From an uncultured Bacilli bacterium (GTDB lineage: Bacteria; Bacillota_I; Bacilli_A; RF39; UBA660), in contig CAKPJN010000005.1 of the NCBI GenBank assembly GCA_934162665.1, positions 17,529 through 81,528 of the forward strand: a stretch of 64,000 bases of DNA, read 5' to 3'. Position numbers and translations under genes: made by a program. The notes beneath the pieces are model-generated. The model did not search any database, was not told the origin of the DNA, and saw nothing but the letters and a program-made list of their open reading frames with translations. Positions 1-9,799 of this stretch are shown here, piece after piece (the stretch's first letter is position 1; the number at the start of each line of letters is the position of its first letter).

Positions 1-687
1 AAAACATCCACTTTCTGGATCTGTTAAACTTTCTTTGATGTGTTTTGTTTCTTTATTTTCAATTAATTCTCCAGTTTCTTCGTCAAACATAACTTCAGAT
101 TTAGTTATATCTTTAATAGCTTTTTTGCCATGCTTAATTCTATCTTCATTTATTTCTTCAAGCATTTTATCTTCATAAACTTTCTTTACTATTCCTACTT
201 CTACATCTTTATACTTGTTTTTATTTGCATTGGCTTTTTGGTGAGTCCCATCACCAAAAACAGTTTCCATATCAACGAAACCATAAGATATTGCTTGTTC
301 TAATATTTTATCAAAGATTTGATTAAATACTTCACTATCTTTGTATCTTCTTATATAATTTTGACTCCATGTAGAATAATTAGGAATATCATCATACATA
401 GATAAATCTAAAAACCATCTATAAGCAATGTTCACTCTGCATTCTTCACAAGTCCTTCTCATAGAGTTTATTCCAAAAACTATATTTATGAATATCAATT
501 TAAAAAGCACCACAGGTGGAATACTTGGTCTACCTCCAACACTATATAAATCTTTTACCAAATCTTCTATAAAAGTAAAATCTATACAGTTATCTAGTTT
601 TCTTACCAAATGTTCTCGTGGTACTAATTCATCTAACGTATTAAATATTATACAATCATTTTTATATTTCTGTTTTGACATTGACAT
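1..687 (-). mobile_element. IS1182-family (IS5/IS1182-like DDE) transposase, N-terminal part; the CDS runs off the window edge
   Basis: My translation of the reverse strand from the ATG at 685-687 gives MSMSKQKYKNDCIIFNTLDELVPREHLVRKLDNCIDF...FGDGTHQKANANKN, the typical N-terminal transposase domain of IS1182/IS5-like elements. It is not in the ORF track because it is edge-truncated. The IS boundaries are not identified. Confidence 0.7.
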
Positions 688-1073
688 AATTATCACTACT
701 TTCTTTTATTCCCAATATAATTATATCAAAAATGCAATAAAAAAGTAAGGATAGTGACTTAAATTTTGGGAATAAAAGCATTTCCTTACAACCAAATTAT
801 ACTACTTTATTTGAAAAATAAAAAGACTATTAACAAAATATGTTTGTCACCAGTCTGAAATGCACAATATTTTTTATTTATTGTGCATTTTTTACTTCTT
901 TTGTCATTTTTTGCACAATTTAAGTGCATTTATATTAAGTTCAAACAGATTCGTCAATGGTGCGTTAGTTAAGGACGTTTGGAAATTTCATTTAAGATTA
1001 ATTTCTATACATTGTTACTAAATTGACAAAATCAATTTAATTTCTATAAATATTGTAAAATTAAGTATATTAA

Positions 1074-1098
1074 AACTCTAACTACAAGAGTTAGAGTT
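1074..1098 (-). terminator. Hairpin (9-bp stem aactctaac/gttagagtt) followed by U-rich tract immediately downstream of tRNA-Leu
   Basis: The inverted repeat lies directly 3' of the tRNA on the minus strand. Confidence 0.5.
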
Positions 1099-1109
1099 TA
1101 CTATCAATC

Positions 1110-1195
1110 TGGTGCCCGAGGTCGGACTTGAACCGACACAGTATTGCTACTATTGGATTTTGAGTCCAACGCGTCTACCATTCCACCACTCGGGC
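1110..1195 (-). tRNA. tRNA-Leu (anticodon CAA), type II tRNA with long variable arm, CCA encoded
   Basis: The reverse complement reads GCCCGAG-TGGTGGAATGGTAGACGCG-TTGGA-CTCAAAA-TCCAA-long variable arm-GTCGGTTCAAGTCCGAC-CTCGGGC-A-CCA. It has a 7-bp acceptor stem, a T-loop GTTCAAG and a CAA anticodon. Confidence 0.85.
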
Positions 1196-1233
1196 ATACA
1201 TAAATTATATCATAAATCTAAAAAGTATCAAGA

Positions 1234-1839
1234 CTAATTTTCTTGATACTTTGATGTATATAAATCTTTATCATCATCTTCTAAATTACTATCTTCACAC
1301 TCTTTTATAAATTCACTCATATCAGGTAAATCATCTTTAGTAGAAAGACCAAAATAATCTAAAAATTCACTAGTTGTCTCATATAAAATAGGTCTACCAG
1401 GTAATTCACTCCTACCAACCTCTTTAATAAATCCTTTAGCGACCAACTTTCTGACCATCTGAGTAGTAGAAACTCCTCTTAATTTATCAATCTCAACCCT
1501 AGTAATAGGTTCATTGTAAGCAATAATTGCCAAAGTCTCTAAAGCTGCTTGACTTAAGATATTAGTCTCTGGATTTTCAATTAGTTTTTGATAATAATTT
1601 CTATGTTCACACTTAGTAGTTAATTTAAATTTATTACCTAAAAAATCTATTCTAATTCCGCGATTATCATCTTCATAATCATGCTTTAATTCTTTTAATA
1701 ATTCCTTAGCTGAATCTTCTTCTATTTCTAATACATCTTCTATTTGTTTTAAAGAAAGTCCTTCCTCTCCAACAACAAATAAAAGTCCTTCAAGAACCGC
1801 TTTATTTTTCATTTGGCACCTCGCATATAATTTCATCAA
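1234..1839 (-). CDS. scpB: Segregation and condensation protein B (ScpB)
   Basis: Winged-helix ScpB signature (LEGLLFVVGEEGLSL...RVEIDKLRGVSTT...GRPILYETT). It overlaps the scpA stop as in other Firmicutes. Confidence 0.85.
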   Translation of the reverse strand: MMKLYARCQMKNKAVLEGLLFVVGEEGLSLKQIEDVLEIEEDSAKELLKELKHDYEDDNRGIRIDFLGNKFKLTTKCEHRNYYQKLIENPETNILSQAALETLAIIAYNEPITRVEIDKLRGVSTTQMVRKLVAKGFIKEVGRSELPGRPILYETTSEFLDYFGLSTKDDLPDMSEFIKECEDSNLEDDDKDLYTSKYQEN

Positions 1840-2524
1840 AAGTTTTATCTTGTTTTATAACCAATTCATGACTTTTAGCCATCTCTAAAATAGCCAAAAA
1901 AGTCGCAACTACATATTCCTTAGTAAAAACTGGAAAAAGTTCAAAGAAAGAAACTCTTTTCCTTTCCGTTAATAATTTAGATATATCACGTCTTCTAGAA
2001 GACACACTAATTTCATTAACCATAACCTTAGTATGTAAAGGCTTATTATCTTTCTTTCTTTCCAAAAATTTTCTAAAAGCATCCATTAAATCATCAAGAG
2101 TAATATCACTATTTATTTGAGTTGTATCAGTATCAACATACTTATTAATATTTTCTGGAGTTTTAGTATAAATCTCTTTTCTCAAATTTTCTTTTTCTTC
2201 TAATATTTTCGTAATTTCCTTATAAGTCTGATATTCAAGTAATCTATTAACTAAATCCTCTCTAGGATCTTCTTCTTCCTCTTGTTCCTTATTAAAACTT
2301 GGGAGTAACATTTTAGATTTAATTTCTATAAGCTCAGAAGCTAATACTAAATATTCACTAGCGACCTCTAAGTTCATTGCCTCTTGCTCATTTAAATAAG
2401 AAATATATTGTTGAGTAATATTTTCTATTTCAATATTAAATATATCCATCTTACTTTCTTTTATTAAATGAAGTAATAAATCTAATGGACCTTCAAACTC
2501 ATTTATCTTAAATTCAATATTCAT
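1802..2524 (-). CDS. scpA: Segregation and condensation protein A (ScpA)
   Basis: N-terminus MNIEFKINEFEGPLDLLLHLI and the C-terminal kleisin region. Adjacent to scpB. Confidence 0.85.
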   Translation of the reverse strand: MNIEFKINEFEGPLDLLLHLIKESKMDIFNIEIENITQQYISYLNEQEAMNLEVASEYLVLASELIEIKSKMLLPSFNKEQEEEEDPREDLVNRLLEYQTYKEITKILEEKENLRKEIYTKTPENINKYVDTDTTQINSDITLDDLMDAFRKFLERKKDNKPLHTKVMVNEISVSSRRRDISKLLTERKRVSFFELFPVFTKEYVVATFLAILEMAKSHELVIKQDKTFDEIICEVPNEK

Positions 2525-2588
2525 ATAATCACTCCAACTGTAAGAACATTATATCATAAAGTAAAAAGTTATGCTATAATGTTTAAAG

Positions 2589-2900
2589 GTGAAGAAAATG
2601 AAAAATTTTACTATGCGTGATGAACATTTTACTTGTGAACATTGTAATAAAGATATTTTACCTCTAGGCTATACGGCTAGAGATCATTGTCCCTATTGTC
2701 TATATTCAAAACATGTAGACATAATGCCCGGTGATAGAAAAAATCAATGTCATGGACTCCTTGAACCAATTGGTATAGAAAAATTTAAAGATACCTATAA
2801 AATAATTTATAAATGTCAAAAATGTAGAGAAACAAATAAAAACATCATGGCAAAAGATGATGATCTTGATATGATAATAGAACTATCTAAAAACAACTAG
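2589..2900 (+). CDS. RNHCP-domain zinc-ribbon protein
   Basis: CxxC...CPYC...C...CQKC cysteine pattern with RDHCPYCLYSKH, typical of RNHCP domain proteins. Confidence 0.6.
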   Translation: MKKMKNFTMRDEHFTCEHCNKDILPLGYTARDHCPYCLYSKHVDIMPGDRKNQCHGLLEPIGIEKFKDTYKIIYKCQKCRETNKNIMAKDDDLDMIIELSKNN

Positions 2901-2908
2901 TCACAAAA

Positions 2909-3235
2909 CTAGTTGTTTTCATTTAAAAGTTTATAAAAATAATCATTCAAAGAATCTGTTACTAAACTAATCATATTATTAACATCACTTAAATTACTTA
3001 TATAATCCACATAAATAGGAATACTATTTAACTTTTCGTTTAATGTATTCAACTCTTTTTTTATACCATCATCTTGATAGTTACTTCTAACATATTCTTT
3101 TTGTAATTTCTTAACGCTATCCACTAAACCTTTAATTTCGACATTGGTACTCATCTTTTCTTTAAGCTCAATACACTTTTTATAACTATCACTATTTTTA
3201 ATATAAGAAACAATATCCTCTAACTCTTTATTCAA
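2909..3235 (-). CDS. YlbF/YmcA-family regulatory protein (UPF0342)
   Basis: About 108 aa helical protein immediately upstream of miaB, the ymcA-ymcB arrangement of Bacillus. Confidence 0.55.
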   Translation of the reverse strand: MNKELEDIVSYIKNSDSYKKCIELKEKMSTNVEIKGLVDSVKKLQKEYVRSNYQDDGIKKELNTLNEKLNSIPIYVDYISNLSDVNNMISLVTDSLNDYFYKLLNENN

Positions 3236-4642
3236 CTACTTCACCATCTAAACTCCAAGTCTTAGCTGAAGTAATCTTAACATTAACAAAGTCCCCTTCT
3301 TTTACATCATTTTTACTAGTAAAGTTAATTAATTTATTAGTATCACTATAACCAAAATACATACCTTTTTTCTCTGATACACCATCTACTAAAACAGGAA
3401 CTATCTTACCTTCTAATTTCTTATTATTTTCTAAAAAGTATTTATTAACAACTTGATTAAGTCTTTGAAGTCTAACCTCTTTTTCCTCTAAAGAAGTATT
3501 ATCCTCTAATTTACATGCTGGTGTTCCTTCTCGTTTAGAAAAGATAAAAGTAAATGCATTATCATACTTACAATAATTAACTAAATCTAATGTCTCTAAA
3601 AAATCTTCTTCTTCTTCACCTGGAAAACCAACAATAATATCAGTAGAAATAGAAACACCAGGTATTTTTTTCTTTAATTTATCAAAAAGTTCCAAATAAC
3701 TTTCCTTAGTATATCTTCTACCCATTAATTTTAACACTCTACTAGAACCACTTTGTACTGGTAAATGAACACTAGGCATAATATTAGAATATTTACCAAT
3801 AACATCAATCATAGAATCAGTAAAATCCCAAGGATGAGATGTCATAAAACGAACTCTAGGGATATCTTTTTTAGCTATATCTTCAAGTAAATTAGCTAAT
3901 GTATAATCCTCATACAAATCTTTTCCATAAGCATTTACATTTTGTCCAAGGAGAGTAATCTCTTTATACCCATCTTTTATAAGAAGATCTACTTCTTTTA
4001 ATATATCCTCTTTCTTTCTACTTCTTTCCCTACCCCTAGTATAAGGAACAATACAATAAGTACAAAACTTATTGCATCCATATATAATATTTACATATGC
4101 TTTATAAGAATTAGTTCTTTTTACTGGTAATCCTTCAATTAAATCCCCTTCTCTAGAAAAAACTTCAATTTCTTGTTCATTATCACTAATAGCTTTATCA
4201 ATAATATTAGGAAGTTGATATAAATTATGAGTACCAAATACAAAGTTAACCCATTTATAATTATTTAAAATATCATCTACAACACTCGCCTCTTGAGCCA
4301 TACATCCACATAAGCCAACTAAAAGATTAGGTTTTTCCATCTTTAAATGTTTAAGTCTCCCTAACATACCAAATGCCTTATTATGTGCATTTTCTCTAAT
4401 AGAACATGTATTAAGCAATACTAAATCACAATCATTATAATCAAAAACCTCACTAAATCCTAAACTTATAAGTAAAGCCCTAATATTTTCACTATCATGT
4501 TCATTCATTTGACAACCATAAGTCTTTAAGAAAAATGTTTTTCCACTATATTTGTTTTTTATCTTATTATCTAATTTAAAGTCCACTCTATTATATTCTT
4601 TATTATCTCTTTTTCTAGCTTCTGTATAATTTGGTAAATGCA
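3228..4642 (-). CDS. miaB: tRNA-i6A37 methylthiotransferase MiaB (radical SAM). The track ORF extends to 4712, but the likely start is the ATG at 4642 (MHLPNY)
   Basis: MTTase N-domain cysteines (YGCQMN), radical-SAM CxxxCxxC (CNKFCTYC), TRAM C-terminus. Starting at 4642 avoids overlap with the upstream gene. Confidence 0.85.
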
Positions 4643-4695
4643 TAATACCAACTCCAATCCATGAATATAATACTCTATTCCAAGAAAAAAAGCAA

Positions 4696-5388
4696 CTAAA
4701 CAGTTGCCTCAATCAACGAAGAATTAATAAAACTATTTAATAATTTAGAATTGTTTTTCATTATAGCATTTCTAATCATATCAATATTTTCTTTTAATTT
4801 TTCAATTAAATATCTCATATTAGGTAATAAATCCTTTTTCTCTAAACTACAAACAATAATATCTAAATTATTAAGTTTTGAATACTTACCATAATATGTA
4901 TTATTAATATAAGTATTAAATAACTTTTTAAAAGATAAAATATCAATATTATCAAATCTTTTATCTTCTAATATTTTTAATGTAATAACAGAACCACTTT
5001 TCATAGCTCTATCAAATACAGTTTCATTTCTATTATTCTTAATATTTGGTATATAATTTTTCTTTTTAGTTAATTTCATAAACAATTTTAAACTATGAAT
5101 AGAGTTATCACTCGCAAGTAAATGTCCAAATGTATTTCCATCATCATTTTGATGATTAACATCCCAATCTCTTTTATTCATAAGGCTTAATACCAAATTA
5201 TATTGTCTATATTTTATTAACTTCATCATAACATCATTACCAATATTATCACAAGTATTAATATTTACTTTATTTTTACTAATTAATTCTTCTACTATAT
5301 CATAATATCCATCTTTAATAAGATTAAAAATCAGGGATGGATCTTCTTCACATGCTTTTACAGCTTGTACTTTGTCATAGAATAACAT
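4696..5388 (-). CDS. Ankyrin-repeat protein
   Basis: Repeated ...DxxGNTxLHxA-like units (DNIGNDVMMKLI; DDGNTFGHLLAS; NRNETVFDRAMKSG). Confidence 0.5.
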   Translation of the reverse strand: MLFYDKVQAVKACEEDPSLIFNLIKDGYYDIVEELISKNKVNINTCDNIGNDVMMKLIKYRQYNLVLSLMNKRDWDVNHQNDDGNTFGHLLASDNSIHSLKLFMKLTKKKNYIPNIKNNRNETVFDRAMKSGSVITLKILEDKRFDNIDILSFKKLFNTYINNTYYGKYSKLNNLDIIVCSLEKKDLLPNMRYLIEKLKENIDMIRNAIMKNNSKLLNSFINSSLIEATV

Positions 5389-5559
5389 ATAAACACCTCT
5401 TAATTCACGTGACAGTTATATATTTTATCAAAATTATAGTAATTTGTCAAATTTATACCGTGAATCCCTTTCTAACTTTATTATGAAAGAAATGCATTTT
5501 TTTTATTCATAATAAAAAAAATATGTTATAATATAAACCATTACAAAGGAGTCTTATGT

Positions 5560-6432
5560 ATGATAGAAGAAAGAGATAAAAAAATAAATGAACTGCTAGA
5601 TATAGAAAATAGTATTTATAATTTATATATGACTATAGCAGATTGTGAAATAAACAAGAATGAAAAGGAAAAAGAAAAATATATAGAATATTTGAAAATA
5701 ACAATAGAAGTAGAAACAAAAATATATGACAATTTAAAAATTGATACAAAAAATTCAGGAGAAATATTCAGAAGAATTAATTATATAAATAATAAAAGAA
5801 AAATTTCTCAATATGATAATATAATTACACGAATTGAAACAATTATTGAAGAAGAATTATATTCAAATCCATTTTTATCTAACAGTAAATCTTATAGTGA
5901 TCAAATTTTTGAAAACTCTCAATGTATTAAAAATGAATTCAATAATAATATAACAATGCATATAATAAAAAAATTAGAAGATAGAATAGAAAAAGAAAAA
6001 TATAATTCAATAAAAGAAAAACTAATTACGTTAAAATATGAACTAATATATCTCAACAAAACACTAGAAGAACACTTTCTAGGATACAGAAAAAAAGATA
6101 TATATGGCAGAGAAAGATGTATACTATTCAATCAAAATGAACAATTAGTAAATTCAATTTATGCAAAAGCACTCCAAGATTACCTAAATGAAAGTTTAAA
6201 TTTTGTCCTATATATAACAGATAACCAACTAAAAGAATCAATTGAAAATAAAATCGATCAAATTTATCAATTAATAATAATTGATAGCGCAATTGAATTA
6301 TTAACAGAAACTGAAAAAGAAGGTCTATACTATTCATTTTATAAAAATTTTCTTAAAGGTGATATTAAAAATTATCTTGAACTATACTCAAGTGAAAGTT
6401 TAAATGAAGTGAAAAAAATTATTAAAAGTTAG
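5560..6432 (+). CDS. Hypothetical K/E/N-rich coiled-coil protein
   Basis: Long ORF with an RBS (aaggag) 8 nt upstream. Only spurious antisense ORFs lie opposite it. Confidence 0.5.
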   Translation: MIEERDKKINELLDIENSIYNLYMTIADCEINKNEKEKEKYIEYLKITIEVETKIYDNLKIDTKNSGEIFRRINYINNKRKISQYDNIITRIETIIEEELYSNPFLSNSKSYSDQIFENSQCIKNEFNNNITMHIIKKLEDRIEKEKYNSIKEKLITLKYELIYLNKTLEEHFLGYRKKDIYGRERCILFNQNEQLVNSIYAKALQDYLNESLNFVLYITDNQLKESIENKIDQIYQLIIIDSAIELLTETEKEGLYYSFYKNFLKGDIKNYLELYSSESLNEVKKIIKS

Positions 6433-6488
6433 ATGAAAAATGATTCTAAAAAAAAGACTGATATATTACACTAATATCAGTTTTTTAT

Positions 6489-6716
6489 TTAAATACTTTT
6501 AGAAGATTCATTAGTTTTCTCATTCTTCAAATTATGAATAGCTAGCGCAATATCAATATCACGAATTCTCTTTTGAAGTATTGACAAAACATCTAATAAT
6601 ACTGAAACTTCACTTTTGTTTTTTTGATCATTAAAATAAGCGACTTATTGAATATATTCATTATACTGTTCAACTAAATTTTTCCTTTTACTTCCTAAAT
6701 CATTAATAATATCCAT
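6489..6716 (-). pseudogene. 76-codon reading frame interrupted by an in-frame TAA at codon 24
   Basis: Read from the sequence: MDIINDLGSKRKNLVEQYNEYIQ-TAA-VAYFNDQKNKSEVSVLLDVLSILQKRIRDIDIALAIHNLKNEKTNESSKSI-stop, all in one frame. This is either a nonsense-mutated small gene or a 23-aa mini-ORF. Confidence 0.3.
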
Positions 6717-6874
6717 ATTTATCTCCTATCTCTTTCTACTACCATCTTGTTTTGTTATATCGACATCATCTAAAACAACTAATCTATTCCTTATATTAGA
6801 AAATGAAACTTCTCTTATTAACTCAATTATAACTATCATTTAATACTGTTTTTAAAACTTTTTGTTGAAACTTT

Positions 6875-6991
6875 TTAGACTTTTTTTCTAATATTTTCTG
6901 GAACATCTTTAGATAGTAATAAACTACCCATACAATCTCTATCTATTCCTAAATAATCACTATTATCTTGATTAGTACTTATAAAAACCAT
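6875..6991 (-). CDS. Possible 38-aa small ORF, translationally coupled downstream of serS
   Basis: GGAG 6 nt upstream of the ATG, 16 nt after the serS stop. No similarity assignable. Confidence 0.2.
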   Translation of the reverse strand: MVFISTNQDNSDYLGIDRDCMGSLLLSKDVPENIRKKV

Positions 6992-7007
6992 TTTTACTCC
7001 AATTCTA

Positions 7008-8288
7008 TTATAACTCTATACTAGTTTTACCACCCATATATGATTGCAATACTTTAGGTATCTTGATTGAGCCATCTTCTTGATAATTATTTTCAATAAC
7101 AGCAATTAATCCACGAGGAGTAGCAACTACTGTATTATTTAATGTATTTACATAGTATGTACCATCTTTACCCTTAGTTCTAATACCAAGACGTCTAGCT
7201 TGTGCATCTCCAAGAGTTGAACAACTTCCAACTTCAAAATATTTCTTTTGTCTTGGACTCCATGCTTCTACATCACATGATTTTACTTTTAGATCAGCTA
7301 AATCACCACTACAACATTCAAGTGTTCTAACTGGTACATCTAAACTTCTAAAGAATTCTACTGTATAGCTCCACATCTTATTATACCAATCCATTGCTTC
7401 ATCACTCTTACATAAAACTATCATTTCCTGTTTTTCAAATTGATGAACGCGATAAAGTCCTCTTTCTTCAAGACCATGAGATCCTCCCTCTTTTCTAAAA
7501 CAAGGAGAATAACTAGTCATAGCAATTGGTAAATCTTCTTCTTTAACAATTTGTCCTTTAAATCTACCTATCATAGAATGTTCACTAGTTCCAATTAAGT
7601 ATAAGTCTTCACCTTCGATTTTATACATCATTGCTTCCATTTCTGGAAAAGACATAACACCCTTTACTACATCACTATGAATCATAAAAGGAGGTATAGC
7701 ATAAGTAAAGCCTTTATCAATCATAAAGTCACGAGCATAAGAAAGCATAGCTTCATGAAGTCTAGCAATATCACCTAGTAAATAATAAAATCCTTGTCCA
7801 CTAGTTCTACCAGCTGCATCCTTATCCATTCCATTAAGTCTTTCTATAATATCTGCATGATATGGTATTTCATACTCTGGAACAAAAGGTTCTCCAAACT
7901 TTTCTATTTCAACATTTTTAGAATCATCCTCACCAATTGGTACAGAAGGATCCATTATATTAGGAATAACCATCATTCTATCTTTAATTTCTTTAGATAA
8001 CTTTTCTTGTTCTTCATCTAATTTACTTATCTCATCTGTCATATTTTTTATTTCTTCTTTAATTTCATTAGCTGCATCAATATTACCTTCACCCATAAGT
8101 TTTCCAATTTGAGAACTATTTTTATTTTTTAATGCCTTTAAATTATCAGCTTTAACTTGAACATCACGAACCTTTTTATCAAGTTCATAAACCTCATCAA
8201 CTAATACTAATTTTTCATCCTGAAATTTCTTCTTAATATTTTCTTTAACTAAATCTCTATTTTCTCTAATTAACTTAATATCTATCAT
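7008..8288 (-). CDS. serS: Seryl-tRNA synthetase
   Basis: N-terminal coiled-coil tRNA-binding arm and class II core motifs (FRKEGG...; GSCSTLGDAQARRLGIRTK). Confidence 0.9.
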   Translation of the reverse strand: MIDIKLIRENRDLVKENIKKKFQDEKLVLVDEVYELDKKVRDVQVKADNLKALKNKNSSQIGKLMGEGNIDAANEIKEEIKNMTDEISKLDEEQEKLSKEIKDRMMVIPNIMDPSVPIGEDDSKNVEIEKFGEPFVPEYEIPYHADIIERLNGMDKDAAGRTSGQGFYYLLGDIARLHEAMLSYARDFMIDKGFTYAIPPFMIHSDVVKGVMSFPEMEAMMYKIEGEDLYLIGTSEHSMIGRFKGQIVKEEDLPIAMTSYSPCFRKEGGSHGLEERGLYRVHQFEKQEMIVLCKSDEAMDWYNKMWSYTVEFFRSLDVPVRTLECCSGDLADLKVKSCDVEAWSPRQKKYFEVGSCSTLGDAQARRLGIRTKGKDGTYYVNTLNNTVVATPRGLIAVIENNYQEDGSIKIPKVLQSYMGGKTSIEL

Positions 8289-8300
8289 AAATACCTCTTT

Positions 8301-9230
8301 CTAGAATAACTTATTATATATATTTTTATATAATATCTTTTCAATCTCCTCTTTATTATAAACTCGACTAAGTAGTTTAGTCAAATCACTTTTAACGTTA
8401 TTATAAGAAAAAATCTGTTTTCCCTCATCAACACCAAATATTGAAGTAGCAAAAGTCATATCATCAGTCGCAACTCCTACATGATCTATCCCAAGTAAAG
8501 AAGTAGCATGTTCAATATGTTCTAAATATTTATCCTTCAATAAATCATCAGATATATCCAAATCGGTCGAAACAAAAGGACCATATGACACTATCCCCAT
8601 AACAACATCAAACTCGCTCAAAGCAAGGATTTGTTCATCATCAAGATTTCTAGGATTATTACATAAACTAAAACAATTAGAATGACTAACAATAACTTTT
8701 AACTCCTTACCTAACTTCTTTTGTTCCTGTAATAAAGAAATAGTATCCCAAAAAGTATTTTTATTCATATGAGAAAGATCAATACTAATACCTAAATCAA
8801 TAGCTTTTATTAAAAACTCTTTTCCTAATTCTGTAAGTCCATCATTACTCCTATTACCAGAACCATATTTATTTTTATTATTCCAAACAAGTAATATATT
8901 ACGAAGACCTAGTTTATAAAGCTCCTCTAATTCAACACAATCTTTAATATAGTCACACCCCTCAATACTATAAATAAATTTAGTATTAGGTAAATATTTT
9001 TTAAAAAGAGAAACCACTACTTTAAACATTTTTAAAACACTAATATTTTTATTAAAATAATCTCCAAGTTCCTCTTTCATTTCATCTTCACTCATAAAAT
9101 AAAGATTAGCAACCACTCCTGTAACATTTAAATCATTATAATTTTTTATAAAACTTTCAAGATAAGAAAAATCTCCTCTTATATAACTACTATAAAGTAT
9201 AGATAATATATCATAATGCATATCAATCAT
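8301..9230 (-). CDS. Membrane dipeptidase (peptidase M19 family)
   Basis: DMHYD... N-terminal metal-binding motif, HSNCFSL, IDHVGVATD. Strong RBS (aaggagg) upstream. Confidence 0.7.
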   Translation of the reverse strand: MIDMHYDILSILYSSYIRGDFSYLESFIKNYNDLNVTGVVANLYFMSEDEMKEELGDYFNKNISVLKMFKVVVSLFKKYLPNTKFIYSIEGCDYIKDCVELEELYKLGLRNILLVWNNKNKYGSGNRSNDGLTELGKEFLIKAIDLGISIDLSHMNKNTFWDTISLLQEQKKLGKELKVIVSHSNCFSLCNNPRNLDDEQILALSEFDVVMGIVSYGPFVSTDLDISDDLLKDKYLEHIEHATSLLGIDHVGVATDDMTFATSIFGVDEGKQIFSYNNVKSDLTKLLSRVYNKEEIEKILYKNIYNKLF

Positions 9231-9297
9231 AACAAATCCTCCTTATATAAAATACTGTTATTAGTATATGTAAGAAAAAAATAAATAGACAAAAAAA

Positions 9298-9319
9298 GTA
9301 CTATAGCTAACTATAGTAC
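9298..9319 (-). terminator. Perfect 9-bp stem hairpin (gtactatag/ctatagtac) followed by a U7 run in the 5' leader of dipeptidase-serS
   Basis: Palindrome gtactatagctaactatagtac, with A7 on the plus strand (U7 on the transcribed strand). It is about 68 nt upstream of the 9230 start codon and downstream of the predicted promoter. Confidence 0.5.
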
Positions 9320-9392
9320 ACCAACGTAATGAAATATATTAATATTTCGATAGAATAAGTAATAAATAATAAATATCATTACCTACAATTAA

Positions 9393-9421
9393 ATAATACC
9401 ATAAAAATGTAACTTAATCAA
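9393..9421 (-). promoter_or_regulatory. SigA-type promoter: -35 TTGATT, 17-nt spacer, extended -10 TGgTATTAT
   Basis: Read on the minus strand: ttgattaagttacatttttatggtattat. Confidence 0.45.
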
Positions 9422-9476
9422 CTACATTTTTACAATTTTCGACAATAAGTGACAATTAAAAAAGAGATTTCTCTCT

Positions 9477-9737
9477 TTATCTATTTTCAATAATAAGTTT
9501 AATTGCAGTTCTTTCTTCACCATCTATAGCAATATCTTGAAAAGCTGGTATACAAATCAAATTTTTTCCAGATGGAGCAACAAATCCACGTGCAATCGCA
9601 ATAGCCTTAATCGCTTGATTCAAAGCCCCTGCACCTACTGCTTGAATCTCAACAGATCCTTTTTCTCTAAATACATTCGCAAGTGCACCTGCTACGCTAT
9701 TAGGATTAGATTTACTACTTACTTTAAGTGTTTCCAT
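9477..9737 (-). CDS. spoVS: Stage V sporulation protein S
   Basis: 86 aa matching SpoVS nearly along its whole length (KVSSKSNPNSVAGALA...GAGALNQAIKAIAIARGFVAPSG..LICIPAF.DI.IDGEERTAIKLI). Confidence 0.85.
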   Translation of the reverse strand: METLKVSSKSNPNSVAGALANVFREKGSVEIQAVGAGALNQAIKAIAIARGFVAPSGKNLICIPAFQDIAIDGEERTAIKLIIENR

Positions 9738-9799
9738 ATATATTAATTCCTCTCTTTCTATACCATAAATATATGAGCGAAATATTAATTTATGACAAC

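Noticed and set aside
428-748. 106-aa plus-strand ORF in the track
   Set aside because: It lies antisense to the IS1182-family transposase coding region. The low-complexity product is a typical shadow ORF in AT-rich DNA.
5919-6337. Two minus-strand ORFs (70 and 69 aa) inside the 5560-6432 gene
   Set aside because: They are antisense to a longer ORF that has an RBS. They are Leu/Ile/Phe-rich shadows of an AT-rich coding strand.
7794-8000. 68-aa plus ORF inside serS
   Set aside because: Antisense to a highly conserved gene.
9231-9476. Classical T-box riboswitch upstream of serS
   Set aside because: The leader downstream of the predicted promoter is only about 150 nt. I could not find the AGGGTGGNACCGCG T-box sequence or a Stem I/specifier architecture. 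Only a simple hairpin plus U-run is present.
9537-9746. 69-aa plus ORF overlapping spoVS
   Set aside because: Antisense to a full-length, strongly conserved SpoVS sequence.
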